Shown here: piece after piece, positions 17,725-28,723 of the stretch
Layout: each line of letters starts with the position of its first letter
Position numbering within the stretch: the stretch's first letter is position 1
Assembly (NCBI GenBank): GCA_902587565.1
Contig: CACILT010000002.1
Span: 68,884 to 132,883 of the forward strand
Origin: an uncultured Alphaproteobacteria bacterium
GTDB taxonomy: Bacteria > Pseudomonadota > Alphaproteobacteria > HIMB59 > GCA-002718135
DNA: 64,000 bases
Reading direction: 5' to 3'
The notes under the pieces: generated by a model
Database searches by the model: none
Seen by the model: only the letters and a program-made list of their open reading frames with translations
What the model was told of the DNA's origin: nothing
Position numbers and translations under genes: made by a program

Positions 17725-19146
17725 TCAACTAATAGTTTTAAACGCTGATAGTGCTCTATTTCTTGTTTCTTTTAAATCTACAATTGGTGCTGGATATGAA
17801 GTACCAATCTCAAAATTATATTTCTTTTGATCCTCCATAGACATCTCCCAAGGATTATGAATATATTTTTTTGGAATATTATTCAACTCAGGAACAAATT
17901 CTTTTACATAATCACCATCTGGATCAAATTTTTGACCCTGCAATATTGGATTAAAAATTCTAAAATATGGACTTGCATCAGCACCACAACCAGAGATCCA
18001 TTGCCAACCTGCAGAATTAGACCCAACGTCAGCATCAACTAAAGTATCAAAAAACCACTCTTCTCCATTTTTCCAGTGTAACAATAAATTTTTTGTTAGA
18101 AACGAGCCTACAATCATTCTTACTCTATTATGCATCCAGCCTGTTTTATATAGTTGTCTCATTCCAGCATCAACAATTGGAATACCAGTTTTACCATTAT
18201 GCCATAATGATAAATTTTTAGCATTTTTAATCCATGGAAATTTATTAAATTTACTTTGTATTGGTTTATGAGTCATAGCTGGATAATGAAATAAAAGATT
18301 ATAAGAAAAATCTCTCCAACCAAGTTCAGCAAGAAATTTTTTTTTATTTTCAGGATCAATTTTTTTTTCAATATTTACGGTATCATAAACTTCTAAAGCA
18401 GATATTTCTCCAAAATGGAGATAAGGTGATAATTTTGAAGTTAAATCTTTATCGGGTCTATCTCTTCCAACTGAATAGTTATTTGCTTTTTGAGAAATAT
18501 ATTTTTTTAATTGTAATTTTGCATTACTTTCACCAGGTATCCAATATTTTTCAATTTTTTTGATCCATTGGTCTTTTTTGTTTGTTAGATTTAAATCTTG
18601 TATATTTATTTCATTTTTAAATTTTGAATTGGCGTAGCTTATTTTTATATTTTTAAATTTAACATCTTTTAGTTTTAGTAGTTCATCACAATGTCGCCAG
18701 TAAGGAGTAAATACTTTAAAAAAAGTGCCACTTTTATTTTTAATATTCCAAGGTTCATTTAAAAGATATCCATTGTGCGAGTCGCATTCTATTTTAGACG
18801 AAGTAACTATAGATTTAATTTTAGTATCTCTTTTAATTGAATATGGATCATATAGTCTATTCCAGGATACATATTTAACATTTGAATTCTTTAGTATTGA
18901 AGATATAATTTTCTCTGGATCACCAGCAAATATATTTAGTTTGCCATTATGTTTTTGTATTGAGTCATATAAACTAATTAAGGATTTTTCTAACCACCAT
19001 TTGGATGTGGATCCAATTCTTTGATTTAAATCAAAAATATAAATTGGAATTATCTGATCGACTTTTTTTGAAAGTGACAATAAAGATGGATTTTGTTGTA
19101 ATCGCAAATCTTGTCTAAACCAATGAATTCCATAAGTGGCTTCCAT
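17725..19146 (-). CDS. phrB: Deoxyribodipyrimidine photolyase / cryptochrome family protein
   Basis: Motifs WFRQDLRL, LSPYLHFGEIS, GWMHNRVRMIVGSFLTKNLL and DADVGSNSAGWQW. Confidence 0.92.
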   Translation of the reverse strand: MEATYGIHWFRQDLRLQQNPSLLSLSKKVDQIIPIYIFDLNQRIGSTSKWWLEKSLISLYDSIQKHNGKLNIFAGDPEKIISSILKNSNVKYVSWNRLYDPYSIKRDTKIKSIVTSSKIECDSHNGYLLNEPWNIKNKSGTFFKVFTPYWRHCDELLKLKDVKFKNIKISYANSKFKNEINIQDLNLTNKKDQWIKKIEKYWIPGESNAKLQLKKYISQKANNYSVGRDRPDKDLTSKLSPYLHFGEISALEVYDTVNIEKKIDPENKKKFLAELGWRDFSYNLLFHYPAMTHKPIQSKFNKFPWIKNAKNLSLWHNGKTGIPIVDAGMRQLYKTGWMHNRVRMIVGSFLTKNLLLHWKNGEEWFFDTLVDADVGSNSAGWQWISGCGADASPYFRIFNPILQGQKFDPDGDYVKEFVPELNNIPKKYIHNPWEMSMEDQKKYNFEIGTSYPAPIVDLKETRNRALSAFKTIS

Positions 19147-19192
19147 GAGTTTAAATTATGTTAATTTAGAATAAATTAAAGAGGTAAATCTA

Positions 19193-19387
19193 TTATTTAC
19201 TATGAGGAGGCATCTTTTTCTCTACGAACCAAACGTGTTTTTTTAACACAGGATCATATTTTTTCATTCGAAGCTTTTCAGCAACTTTCAATCCTTTTGT
19301 AGGTTTTCTTACAATATACTTAGTTCCTGTTTTTGGATTTTCTTCAGGTACTAGTTGTTTAAGAGCGAATGAGGTTTTTTTTGCCAT
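19193..19387 (-). CDS. rpmG: 50S ribosomal protein L33
   Basis: 64 aa and basic, with the KLRMKKYDPVLKKHVWFVEKK segment characteristic of L33. Confidence 0.75.
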   Translation of the reverse strand: MAKKTSFALKQLVPEENPKTGTKYIVRKPTKGLKVAEKLRMKKYDPVLKKHVWFVEKKMPPHSK

Positions 19388-19428
19388 GAAGTGTCTATAC
19401 AGAATAATTATATGAAATAAAGTATTAT

Positions 19429-20364
19429 TTATTCATAATCATAAATTGACTGCTTAATAAAACGGTTAAAATTTCCTCTTTTTTTATCAAGTTTAATTTG
19501 TTTATTTCTTTCAACTAAGTTTTTTTTCTTTTCTTCAGATATTTTATCAAAACAATTATGACAAGATACACCTGGATTATAATATTTAGAAAAAGTATCT
19601 TTATTACTAATGGGTAACCGACAAGCATGACAAAGTTTGTAAGTTCCATCTTTTAATTCGTTTTGCAAAGATACTCTTCCATCAAATACGAAACATTCAC
19701 CTTTCCACATTGAATTTTTTTTTGTAGTTTTTTCTAAATACTTTAGTATACCTCCATCTAACTGAGCAACATTTTTAAAACCCTTCATAATCATATATGA
19801 TGAAGCCTTTTCACACCTAATACCTCCAGTGCAAAACATAGCAATTTTTTTGTCTTTTGATTTATTTAATTTTTTTTGAACAAAAGATTTAAAGTCAGTG
19901 AAACTTTTAGTTTTTGGATTAATTGCTCCTTCAAAAGATCCTATTTTTACCTCAAATTCATTTCTTACATCAATCACAATAGTGTCTTTGTCTTTAATTA
20001 GTTTATTCCATTCATTGTATTTAACTTTTTTCCCAGATATTTTTGTAGGATCAGCAAATTTGGTTCTTAATGTGACTATTTCATTTTTATTTCTAATTTT
20101 AAGTTTTTGAAAAGGCATATATTTATATTTTGATCGTTTAAGATTAAGTTTCTCGAAGCTAAAATTTTCAAGATATAGAATGAAAGTATTTATGTTTTTC
20201 TCTATGCCAGCTATTGTTCCATTAATACCTTCATCAGCAATCAATATTGTACCTTTGATTTTATTAAATTTGCAAAAATCTTTAAGTTTAGTAATGATAT
20301 CATTTTTATCTTTAATTATTTTGAATTGATAAAAAGTAATTATAGAAAAGTACTTGTTGTTCAT
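19429..20364 (-). CDS. trhO: Rhodanese-domain protein of the UPF0176/TrhO family
   Basis: Rhodanese active-site loop FCTGGIRCEKAS and a C-terminal Cys cluster (CHACRLP...CHNC). Confidence 0.8.
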   Translation of the reverse strand: MNNKYFSIITFYQFKIIKDKNDIITKLKDFCKFNKIKGTILIADEGINGTIAGIEKNINTFILYLENFSFEKLNLKRSKYKYMPFQKLKIRNKNEIVTLRTKFADPTKISGKKVKYNEWNKLIKDKDTIVIDVRNEFEVKIGSFEGAINPKTKSFTDFKSFVQKKLNKSKDKKIAMFCTGGIRCEKASSYMIMKGFKNVAQLDGGILKYLEKTTKKNSMWKGECFVFDGRVSLQNELKDGTYKLCHACRLPISNKDTFSKYYNPGVSCHNCFDKISEEKKKNLVERNKQIKLDKKRGNFNRFIKQSIYDYE

Positions 20365-20397
20365 TTATCTAATTAATATAAAAAACTTAAAAAATTT

Positions 20398-21291
20398 ATG
20401 TCTAAAGAAACCATTAATATTGTTAAAAAGTTTCTCAATAGTTATTCTATAGAAACAACTCCAAATGTTTATGAAAAATATGGAAGCTTTTCTGAATTTC
20501 TTAATAAAAATCATGACATTTATATAACTTATTTACCAGATGAAAATTCAAAAAATGTTATTAGAACAGCAAAAAAATTAAAATTAGAAGGTTATGAGGT
20601 TATACCTCATTTACCTGCGAGAACTATTGTGAATAAAAATGACTTAGAAAAATATATAGGTGAACTTGCAAATGAATCTGGGTGTTCAAAAATGTTAATT
20701 ATTGGTGGTGGTGGAAATCAGGTTGGCGAAATCTCTTCTTCAATTGATGTTTTAAAAACAGATTTTCTTTCAAAATATAATTATCAATTTGTAGGAGTGG
20801 CTGGACATCCCGAAGGAAGCCCAGATATTTCAAATGAAAATTTAGATTTAGCAATCAAACAAAAGAATGATTTTGCAAAAAATGTTGATTTTAAAATGTA
20901 TTTAGCAACACAATTTTTTTTTGAAGCTAAATCTTTAATTGACTGGGAGAAACACTTAGTAAAAATTGGAAATAAATTACCAATTCATGCTGGGATACCA
21001 GGTCCAGCCTCTATTAAAACATTAATAAATTATGCAAGATCTTGTGGAATTGGAAATTCTCTAAGATTTATTACAAAACAGGCTTTTAATTTAACTAAGC
21101 TTGCAACATTGAACACTCCTGACAAATTAATTTATGATCTTGCTGAACATAGCGAAATAAACAAAGACTCTAAACTTGAAAAAATTCACTTCTACGCTTT
21201 TGGTGGTATGAAAAAAACCTCAGAGTGGTTAAATCAATTTAATAACTCAGATTTTTCTTATAATAATAAACAGAAATTCGAGTTAAATTAG
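20398..21291 (+). CDS. Methylenetetrahydrofolate reductase family protein
   Basis: IPHLPART..., LIIGGGG, GVAGHPEGSPDIS and YLATQFFFEA are MTHFR-like (PF02219 pattern). Confidence 0.65.
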   Translation: MSKETINIVKKFLNSYSIETTPNVYEKYGSFSEFLNKNHDIYITYLPDENSKNVIRTAKKLKLEGYEVIPHLPARTIVNKNDLEKYIGELANESGCSKMLIIGGGGNQVGEISSSIDVLKTDFLSKYNYQFVGVAGHPEGSPDISNENLDLAIKQKNDFAKNVDFKMYLATQFFFEAKSLIDWEKHLVKIGNKLPIHAGIPGPASIKTLINYARSCGIGNSLRFITKQAFNLTKLATLNTPDKLIYDLAEHSEINKDSKLEKIHFYAFGGMKKTSEWLNQFNNSDFSYNNKQKFELN

Positions 21292-21384
21292 CTTCTTCAC
21301 ATTTTTTTCATCTTTTAATGAAACAAAAGTTGTTTGAAATTAAAGTTAATCTATAAATTAAATATCTAATAATTAAGGAGTCTC

Positions 21385-23058
21385 GTGTCAGATATTGAAA
21401 TAGCAAGAAAAGCTAAAATGAAACCTATTATTGAAATTCTAAAGGGGCTTGATGTACCAGATACACCAGAAGCATTCAGTCCTATGGGCCGTCATATAGC
21501 AAAAATAAACTTGGAGTACATAGATTCACTTAATAAAAATAAAGATGGTAAACTGATTCTAGTCTCAGCAATAACTCCAACACCAGCAGGTGAAGGTAAA
21601 ACAACAACTTCTGTTGGATTAAGTGATGGCCTCAATAAATTAGGAAAGAAATCTATTGTTTGTTTAAGAGAGCCAAGTCTAGGACCATCATTCGGTATGA
21701 AAGGTGGAGCGGCTGGTGGAGGTTATGCTCAAGTAGTTCCAATGGAGCAAATTAATCTTCATTTTACTGGAGATTTTCATGCAATTACCTCAGCTCATAA
21801 TTTACTTTCTGCATTAATTGACAATCATATCTACTGGGGAAATAAATTGAATATTGATGTTAGAAGAGTTGTTTGGAAAAGAGTAATGGATATGAATGAC
21901 AGATCACTGAGATCTATTGTTGTTGATTTAGGAGGAGTTGCAAATGGATACCCTAGACAAGATGGCTTTGATATTACTGTTGCATCGGAGATAATGGCAA
22001 TTTTCTGTTTAGCAAAAGACTTAAAAGATCTGGAGGAAAGAATTGGAAATATAACTATTGCCTATACACGGGACAAAAAAGCTATTTATGCAAAAGATTT
22101 AAAAGCACAAGGCCCAATGACAGTATTATTAAAAGATGCCATTAGACCAAACATAACACAAACGTTAGAAAATAATCCTGCTATAATTCATGGTGGACCA
22201 TTTGCAAATATTGCCCATGGTTGTAATTCTGTTATTGCAACTAAAGCTAGTCTAAAATTAAGTGATTATGTTGTAACTGAAGCAGGCTTTGGAGCTGATT
22301 TAGGAGCAGAAAAATTTCTTGATATAAAATGTAGAAAATCAAAATTAAAACCTGATTGTGTGGTTTTAGTTGCTACAATTAGAGCACTAAAAATGCATGG
22401 AGATGTTTCTAAAGAAGACTTAAAAAATGAAAATGTAAATGCACTTAAAATTGGTTTAGTGAATTTAGAGAGACATATAAACAACATAAGAAAATTCGGA
22501 TTACCAGTAACTGTTGCAATTAATCATTTTGTTACAGATTCTAAAGCTGAAGTCGATGCCGTCCTAGATTTTTGTAAAACTCAAGGAGTCAAGGCTTCTA
22601 TGTGTACTCACTGGTCTGATGGTGGTGATGGTGCAACAGGATTAGCTCAAAATGTAATAGATATTTGTGAAGAAAGTAAAAATACATTTAAATTTTTATA
22701 TGAAGATGATTTAACTCTATTCAAAAAAATAGAAAAAATTGCACAAGAGATTTATCACGCAAGTGAAGTCGTCGCAGACACAAAGGTGCGTCAACAATTG
22801 AAGGATTTTGAAACTAAAGGATTTGGCAAATTGCCTGTTTGCATTGCAAAAACTCAATATAGTTTTTCAACTGACCCTAATTTAAAAGGTGCCCCTACTG
22901 GCCACGTTTTACCTGTTAGAGAAGTAAGATTATCATCGGGAGCAGAATTCATAGTGGTTGTCTGCGGTGATATTATGACCATGCCGGGTCTACCAAGTGT
23001 TCCTGCGGCAAATTCGATAAAGCTAAATGACCATGGAGAAATTGAAGGTCTTTTTTAA
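21385..23058 (+). CDS. fhs: Formate--tetrahydrofolate ligase
   Basis: [30 protein letters not shown] and [22 protein letters not shown] start with an AAGGAG Shine-Dalgarno sequence. Confidence 0.95.
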   Translation: MSDIEIARKAKMKPIIEILKGLDVPDTPEAFSPMGRHIAKINLEYIDSLNKNKDGKLILVSAITPTPAGEGKTTTSVGLSDGLNKLGKKSIVCLREPSLGPSFGMKGGAAGGGYAQVVPMEQINLHFTGDFHAITSAHNLLSALIDNHIYWGNKLNIDVRRVVWKRVMDMNDRSLRSIVVDLGGVANGYPRQDGFDITVASEIMAIFCLAKDLKDLEERIGNITIAYTRDKKAIYAKDLKAQGPMTVLLKDAIRPNITQTLENNPAIIHGGPFANIAHGCNSVIATKASLKLSDYVVTEAGFGADLGAEKFLDIKCRKSKLKPDCVVLVATIRALKMHGDVSKEDLKNENVNALKIGLVNLERHINNIRKFGLPVTVAINHFVTDSKAEVDAVLDFCKTQGVKASMCTHWSDGGDGATGLAQNVIDICEESKNTFKFLYEDDLTLFKKIEKIAQEIYHASEVVADTKVRQQLKDFETKGFGKLPVCIAKTQYSFSTDPNLKGAPTGHVLPVREVRLSSGAEFIVVVCGDIMTMPGLPSVPAANSIKLNDHGEIEGLF

Positions 23059-23078
23059 AACTGCTATAAAGAGCTATA

Positions 23079-24338
23079 ATGTTTAATACTAATAAATATT
23101 CATTTTTATCTATTGCTAGAAACGCTTTAAGTCATCATGAGAATTGGCAGAAGACGTGGAATAGTCCTGAACCAAAAAAAAGTTATGATGCAATAATAGT
23201 TGGTGGTGGTGGACACGGATTAACTACTGCTTACTATTTAGCAAAAAACCATGGAATAAATAATGTTGCAGTTATTGAAAAAGGTTGGATAGGTGGTGGA
23301 AATACAGGGCGAAATACGACTATAATTAGATCTAACTATTTATGGGATCAAAGTGCAGCTTTATATGAACACGCCTTAAAACTTTGGGAAGGAATGTCTC
23401 AAGAACTTAATTATAATGTAATGTTTTCTCAGAGAGGAGTTTTGAACGTTGCTCATAATCTTCATGATATAAGAGAATTAAAAAGACGGTGGCATGCAAA
23501 CAGACTAAATGATATCGATTGCGAGTGGCTTGATACAAAAAAATTAAAAGAATTTTGTCCCATAATTAATACATCCCCAAATATTAGATATCCTGTTTTG
23601 GGTGCAACACTTCAAAGAAGAGCTGGAACAGCTAGGCACGACGCAGTTGCTTGGGGTTACGCTAGAGGTGCTGATGAAATGGGTGTAGATATTATACAAA
23701 ATTGTGAAGTAACTGGTATCAACATAAAAAATGGAAATGTTACTGGGATTGAAACAACCAAAGGAACAATTAATTCAAATAAAATAGGTGTTGCCGCTGC
23801 AGGCCATACAAGTGTTATTGCTAATATGGCAGGTATAAAATTACCTCTTGAAAGCAAACCATTACAGGCTCTGGTATCAGAACCAGTAAAACCCATAATT
23901 GATACAGTTGTAATGTCGAATACAATTCATGCGTATGTATCTCAATCTGATAAAGGGGAATTAGTGATTGGGGCAGGGACAGATTCATATACTTCTTACA
24001 CCCAGAGAGGTGGCTTTAATATTGTTGAGGACACCTTAATGGCAATAATTGAGATGTTTCCAATATTTTCAAGAATGAAAATGCTTCGTCATTGGGGTGG
24101 AATCGTTGATATAAGTCCAGATGCTAGTCCTATTATAAGCAAAACTCATGTTAATGGATTATATTTTAATTGTGGTTGGGGAACAGGTGGTTTTAAAGCT
24201 ACACCCGGCTCTGGTTGGGTATTTGCTCACACCATAGCTAATGATCAAGCACATGAATTAAATGCTCCTTTTACAATAAATAGATTTTCTAGTGGTGAAT
24301 TAGTTGATGAACATGGTGCAGCAGCCGTAGCACATTAA
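23079..24338 (+). CDS. soxB: Sarcosine oxidase subunit beta
   Basis: [21 protein letters not shown]...[15 protein letters not shown]. Sits in soxBDAG order. Confidence 0.92.
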   Translation: MFNTNKYSFLSIARNALSHHENWQKTWNSPEPKKSYDAIIVGGGGHGLTTAYYLAKNHGINNVAVIEKGWIGGGNTGRNTTIIRSNYLWDQSAALYEHALKLWEGMSQELNYNVMFSQRGVLNVAHNLHDIRELKRRWHANRLNDIDCEWLDTKKLKEFCPIINTSPNIRYPVLGATLQRRAGTARHDAVAWGYARGADEMGVDIIQNCEVTGINIKNGNVTGIETTKGTINSNKIGVAAAGHTSVIANMAGIKLPLESKPLQALVSEPVKPIIDTVVMSNTIHAYVSQSDKGELVIGAGTDSYTSYTQRGGFNIVEDTLMAIIEMFPIFSRMKMLRHWGGIVDISPDASPIISKTHVNGLYFNCGWGTGGFKATPGSGWVFAHTIANDQAHELNAPFTINRFSSGELVDEHGAAAVAH

Positions 24339-24341
24339 ATC

Positions 24342-24698
24342 ATGTTTTTAATAAATTGCCCATACTGTGGAGAAAGAGATCAAGCTGAATTTTCTTGTGG
24401 AGGTGAGGCACATATTGCAAGACCAAAAAATCCTCCTGAACTCTCTGATGATCAATGGGCAGAATATTTATTCTTGCGAAAGAATGAAAAAGGTATTCAT
24501 TATGAAAGATGGAACCATGAATATGGATGCAGACAATGGTTTAATTTAGCAAGAAATACTTCAACCGATGAAATTCTTGCAGTGTATAAGATGGGAGAAG
24601 CTCCTCCTAAATTAAAAGCAAATATTCCAACTACTCCCTCAGGTGAGCCAAATATTGGATCAGGAAATTTATCAACATCGAAAAAAGATAGATTTTAA
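24342..24698 (+). CDS. soxD: Sarcosine oxidase subunit delta
   Basis: MFLINCPYCGERDQAEFSCGGEAH...W.H..GC..WF is the zinc-ribbon SoxD signature. Confidence 0.9.
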   Translation: MFLINCPYCGERDQAEFSCGGEAHIARPKNPPELSDDQWAEYLFLRKNEKGIHYERWNHEYGCRQWFNLARNTSTDEILAVYKMGEAPPKLKANIPTTPSGEPNIGSGNLSTSKKDRF

Positions 24699-24706
24699 AA
24701 ATAAAC

Positions 24707-27697
24707 ATGCGATACAAAAATAATAAAAATCTCGAAAATAATAAGTCTGTTAGGTTCTATTTTGATAATAGAGAATATTTTGGATTTGAAGGTGACACCC
24801 TAGCTTCAGCGCTTCTTGCAAATGATGTTCACTTAGTTGGAAGAAGTTTTAAATATCATCGACCGCGGGGTATTTATACCGCAGGTAGTGAAGAACCTAA
24901 TGGAATAGTTCAGCTTGAGACTAAAGAATATACCGAACCTAATAGAAGAGTAACTGAAGTCCAGATATATGAGGGGTTAAAAGCTTTTAGTCAAAATAAT
25001 TGGCCGTCAGTGAAATTTGATGCAGGCGCTATCAATGATTTACTATCCCCATTTTTTCCTGCAGGGTTCTATTACAAGACCTTTATGTGGCCGCCAAAGT
25101 TTTGGAAGGCATATGAGTTTTTTATAAGACATGCTGCAGGACTTGGTAAATCTCCAAATAAAGATGATCCCCACAAATACGAACATTTTCATTATCATTG
25201 TGATGTTCTAGTTGTTGGAGCAGGAGTGAGTGGATTAATTTCAGCAGAAATTGCAGCGAATAAAAATTATAAAGTTTTACTAATTGAGCAAGAAGAGGAT
25301 CTAGGGGGTGAAATTTTATCTACAAAAAATCAAGACATTAAAATTGATAATTTACCAATTAATGAATGGAAAAACAAAATAGTTGATAAACTTTCTAAAA
25401 ATTCAAATGTAAAAATAGTTAAAAATACGACTTGTTTTGCATACTTGAATTATAATTTATTATTAGCAGTACAAGAAATTGATCCCGAAAAAGGTTTAAA
25501 TAAAAAAAATGATATCAGAGAAAGAATTTGGAAAATTAGATCTAAAAAAGTTATTCTAGCAACTGGTGCAATCGAACGCCCAATAATTTTTAATAATAAT
25601 GATAGGCCCGGCATTATGCTTTCTAACAGTGCAAAAAAATATTTAAATAAGTATGGAGTTGCACCTGGAAAAAATCTAGTTTTTTTTACAAACAATGATA
25701 GCGCTTATGAAACTGCAATAGATTATTTTGAACAGGGAATAAAGGTAGAGGCTATTGTTGATACTAGAGAAAATAGCGATGGTTATTTTCCAAAGAAAGC
25801 TGATGAATTAGGTATTACTATTATAAAAGGTTATGAAATCAGTGATACTGTTGGGAGATTAAAAATTAGAGAAGTTAAATTAAAAAAAATTACAACTAAA
25901 AACAATAATGAAAAGTCTTCTATTAATATTAAATGTGATCTTTTAGTAGTTGCTGGTGGTTGGACCCCTACTGTTCATTTATTTACTCAATCAAAAGGAA
26001 AACTCAAATTTAGAGATGTAGATGGAAGTTTTATTCCTAATGAAGTTTATCAAGATACATTGTGTGTCGGAAGTTGCAATGGTGATTATAATTTAAATGA
26101 AATATTAATAAAAACTCAAGAAGATACGTATAAATATTTAAATGATAATCTGCAAAATAAACTTAGTGAAGTAAATTACAAATCAGAAATTGTGAAACAA
26201 GGTAAACACGAAAATGTTTGGATTACATCAAAGAACAATATCTCAAGAACAAAAATGTTCGTAGATTTTCAAAATGATGTAACAGCAAAAGATATTAAAC
26301 TAGCTTTAAAAGAGGGTTTTCAATCCATTGAACATGTCAAACGATATACAACTACGGGAATGGCAACTGATCAAGGCAAGACCAGTAATGTCAATGCACT
26401 TGGAATAATATCAGAGTTAACAAATACTGAAATCTCTGAATTAGGCACAACAACATTTCGTTTACCTTATAAACCAGTGACATTTGGAGCAATTGCTGGG
26501 CGTCATGTTAAAGAATTTTTTGATCTAGAGAGAACAAGCCCAATGCATCAATGGCATATTGATAATAAAGCTTTATTTGAGGACGTAGGCCAATGGAAAA
26601 GAGCCTGGTATTATCCTCACAAGAATGAAAGTTTTCAATCTGCTTTAAATAGAGAGGTAAAAGCAACTAGAGATAGTCTAGGAATATTAGATGCATCAAC
26701 TCTTGGTAAAATAGATATTAAGGGTAGAGATGTAAGTGAATTTTTAAATAGAGTTTACACAAATTCATGGTCAAAATTAGAAATTGGAAAATGTCGATAT
26801 GGTGTAATGTTGGGCGACGACGGGATGGTCATTGATGATGGTGTAACAACTAGATTAGACGAGTATCATTATCTTATGTCAACAACTACAGGAAACGCAG
26901 CGTCAGTAATGTCAAAATTAGAAGATTGGTTGCAAACAGAATGGCCAGAATTAGAAGTATATTTAACATCAGTAACAGAAAACTATGGAACGATAAGCTT
27001 AAATGGCCCAAATTCAAAAAAATTAATGCAAAAACTAGTTCCAGATTTTGATTTTTCAAAAGAAAATTTTCCTCATATGAGTTTTAAGAATATTAATATT
27101 AACGGAATAAAATGTAGAGTCATGCGTATAAGTTTTACTGGGGAAATGTGTTATGAAATAAATGTTCCATCTGGCTATGCTAAAAATCTTTGGGAACTTT
27201 GTATACATAAAGGTAAAGAATTTAATATTACTCCATATGGAACTGAAGCGATGCATGTACTTCGTGCTGAAAAAGGATTTATCATTGTCGGTCAAGAAAC
27301 AGATGGATCAGTGACACCAATAGATCTGGATATGGACTGGATCGTTAGTAAGAAAAAATATGATTTTATTGGTAAAAGGGCATTATACAGAAGTGATACA
27401 ATTAAAAAAGATAGAAAACAATTGGTAGGATTAAAAACTAAAGATCCAAACAAAGTTCTTGAAGAGGGATCTCAATTGGTTGAAGAAATAACTGCTCTAC
27501 CTATGAAAATGGTTGGTCACGTGACCTCTAGTTACTATTCACCTAATTTAAAAAGTTCTTTTGCTTTAGCTTTAATTAAAGGTGGTCTTGAAAAAAAAGG
27601 AAGTGTTTTAATTGCTCCAATGGAAAATGAAAATATTGAAGTAGAAATAACTAGTCCAATATTTATTGATCCTGAAAATCAAAGGGTTAATCAATGA
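24707..27697 (+). CDS. soxA: Sarcosine oxidase subunit alpha
   Basis: 996 aa with GDTLASALLANDVHLVGRSFKYHRPRG, a Rossmann motif VLVVGAGVSGL and a C-terminal GcvT-like folate-binding domain. Confidence 0.93.
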   Translation: MRYKNNKNLENNKSVRFYFDNREYFGFEGDTLASALLANDVHLVGRSFKYHRPRGIYTAGSEEPNGIVQLETKEYTEPNRRVTEVQIYEGLKAFSQNNWPSVKFDAGAINDLLSPFFPAGFYYKTFMWPPKFWKAYEFFIRHAAGLGKSPNKDDPHKYEHFHYHCDVLVVGAGVSGLISAEIAANKNYKVLLIEQEEDLGGEILSTKNQDIKIDNLPINEWKNKIVDKLSKNSNVKIVKNTTCFAYLNYNLLLAVQEIDPEKGLNKKNDIRERIWKIRSKKVILATGAIERPIIFNNNDRPGIMLSNSAKKYLNKYGVAPGKNLVFFTNNDSAYETAIDYFEQGIKVEAIVDTRENSDGYFPKKADELGITIIKGYEISDTVGRLKIREVKLKKITTKNNNEKSSINIKCDLLVVAGGWTPTVHLFTQSKGKLKFRDVDGSFIPNEVYQDTLCVGSCNGDYNLNEILIKTQEDTYKYLNDNLQNKLSEVNYKSEIVKQGKHENVWITSKNNISRTKMFVDFQNDVTAKDIKLALKEGFQSIEHVKRYTTTGMATDQGKTSNVNALGIISELTNTEISELGTTTFRLPYKPVTFGAIAGRHVKEFFDLERTSPMHQWHIDNKALFEDVGQWKRAWYYPHKNESFQSALNREVKATRDSLGILDASTLGKIDIKGRDVSEFLNRVYTNSWSKLEIGKCRYGVMLGDDGMVIDDGVTTRLDEYHYLMSTTTGNAASVMSKLEDWLQTEWPELEVYLTSVTENYGTISLNGPNSKKLMQKLVPDFDFSKENFPHMSFKNININGIKCRVMRISFTGEMCYEINVPSGYAKNLWELCIHKGKEFNITPYGTEAMHVLRAEKGFIIVGQETDGSVTPIDLDMDWIVSKKKYDFIGKRALYRSDTIKKDRKQLVGLKTKDPNKVLEEGSQLVEEITALPMKMVGHVTSSYYSPNLKSSFALALIKGGLEKKGSVLIAPMENENIEVEITSPIFIDPENQRVNQ

Positions 27698-28269
27698 GTT
27701 TAACTTACAGTAATGTTTTGAATATAAATAAAAAAAATCACAATGGAGTAACAATAGAAGAAAGAGCTCTATCAGGTAAAATAAATATACGAGGTAAAAA
27801 TTCAGATAAAGAATTTATGAAAAATATAGGCTCAGTATTAAACCTGGTTTTACCAATTGAGCCAAATGTAAGAATTTTTAATAATAATATAAGTATTATG
27901 TGGCTTGGTCCTAATGAATGGTTAATCGAAACCCCAGAAAATGAGAAAGATGAAATTATTTCTCTATTAGAATCTAAACTCAATCCAGAAAAAACAGCAA
28001 TAACTGATATTTCATTTAATAAAACTGTTTTACGGATTGAAGGGGAAAAGGTATTTATTTTACTTTCTAAATTTCTTGTAGCAAACTTAGAAAAAATTTT
28101 GGAAACTAATTTTTCAGTAGCTCAAACAATATTTATAAAAATTCCAATACTTTTTATCAGAAATAATACTGACAACGAAGAGACTTCACTAGATTTACAT
28201 TTAAACAGATCACATGCAAAATATGTTTATGATTTATTAGTTGATGGTAGTAAAAATCTTAATATTTAA
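27694..28269 (+). CDS. soxG: Sarcosine oxidase subunit gamma
   Basis: 191 aa. The start overlaps the soxA stop. Has the GPNEWL motif (MWLGPNEWLIE). Confidence 0.85.
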   Translation: MSLTYSNVLNINKKNHNGVTIEERALSGKINIRGKNSDKEFMKNIGSVLNLVLPIEPNVRIFNNNISIMWLGPNEWLIETPENEKDEIISLLESKLNPEKTAITDISFNKTVLRIEGEKVFILLSKFLVANLEKILETNFSVAQTIFIKIPILFIRNNTDNEETSLDLHLNRSHAKYVYDLLVDGSKNLNI

Positions 28270-28723
28270 TTTATTTCTTATCTTAATTACTCTTAGCACA
28301 GTATTATCTAGTAAAACTATATTTGGAAATGCAAATGTAATCGATGGTGATACTATACATATTAATAAAAATAAAATAAGACTGCATGCTATTGATGCTC
28401 CTGAAATAAATCAAACATGTAATAAAAAAAGTAGAGTCTGGAATTGTGGTGTTGAATCAACAAAGTTCTTAAAAGAATTAATTGGTAATAATAAAATTGA
28501 ATGCATAACACAAGGTAAGGATCGATATAATAGATTTATTGGAATCTGCTACAAAGATAATTTAGATTTAAATAGTGAAATGGTTCTGAATGGATGGGCT
28601 ATAGCCTATCGATATTATTCAAAAGATTATGTTGAAGAAGAAGAAAAAGCTAAACAGGAGAAAAGAGGAATATGGATTGGAGATTTTGTAGAACCTTATT
28701 TATTTAGAAAAAAAAATAAGTAA
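28241..28723 (+). CDS. Secreted thermonuclease (staphylococcal nuclease, SNase) family protein
   Basis: Signal peptide followed by VIDGDTIHI...IRLHAIDAPE...GKDRYNRFIGICY...LNGWA, which is the SNase fold pattern. Confidence 0.8.
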   Translation: MMVVKILIFNLFLILITLSTVLSSKTIFGNANVIDGDTIHINKNKIRLHAIDAPEINQTCNKKSRVWNCGVESTKFLKELIGNNKIECITQGKDRYNRFIGICYKDNLDLNSEMVLNGWAIAYRYYSKDYVEEEEKAKQEKRGIWIGDFVEPYLFRKKNK

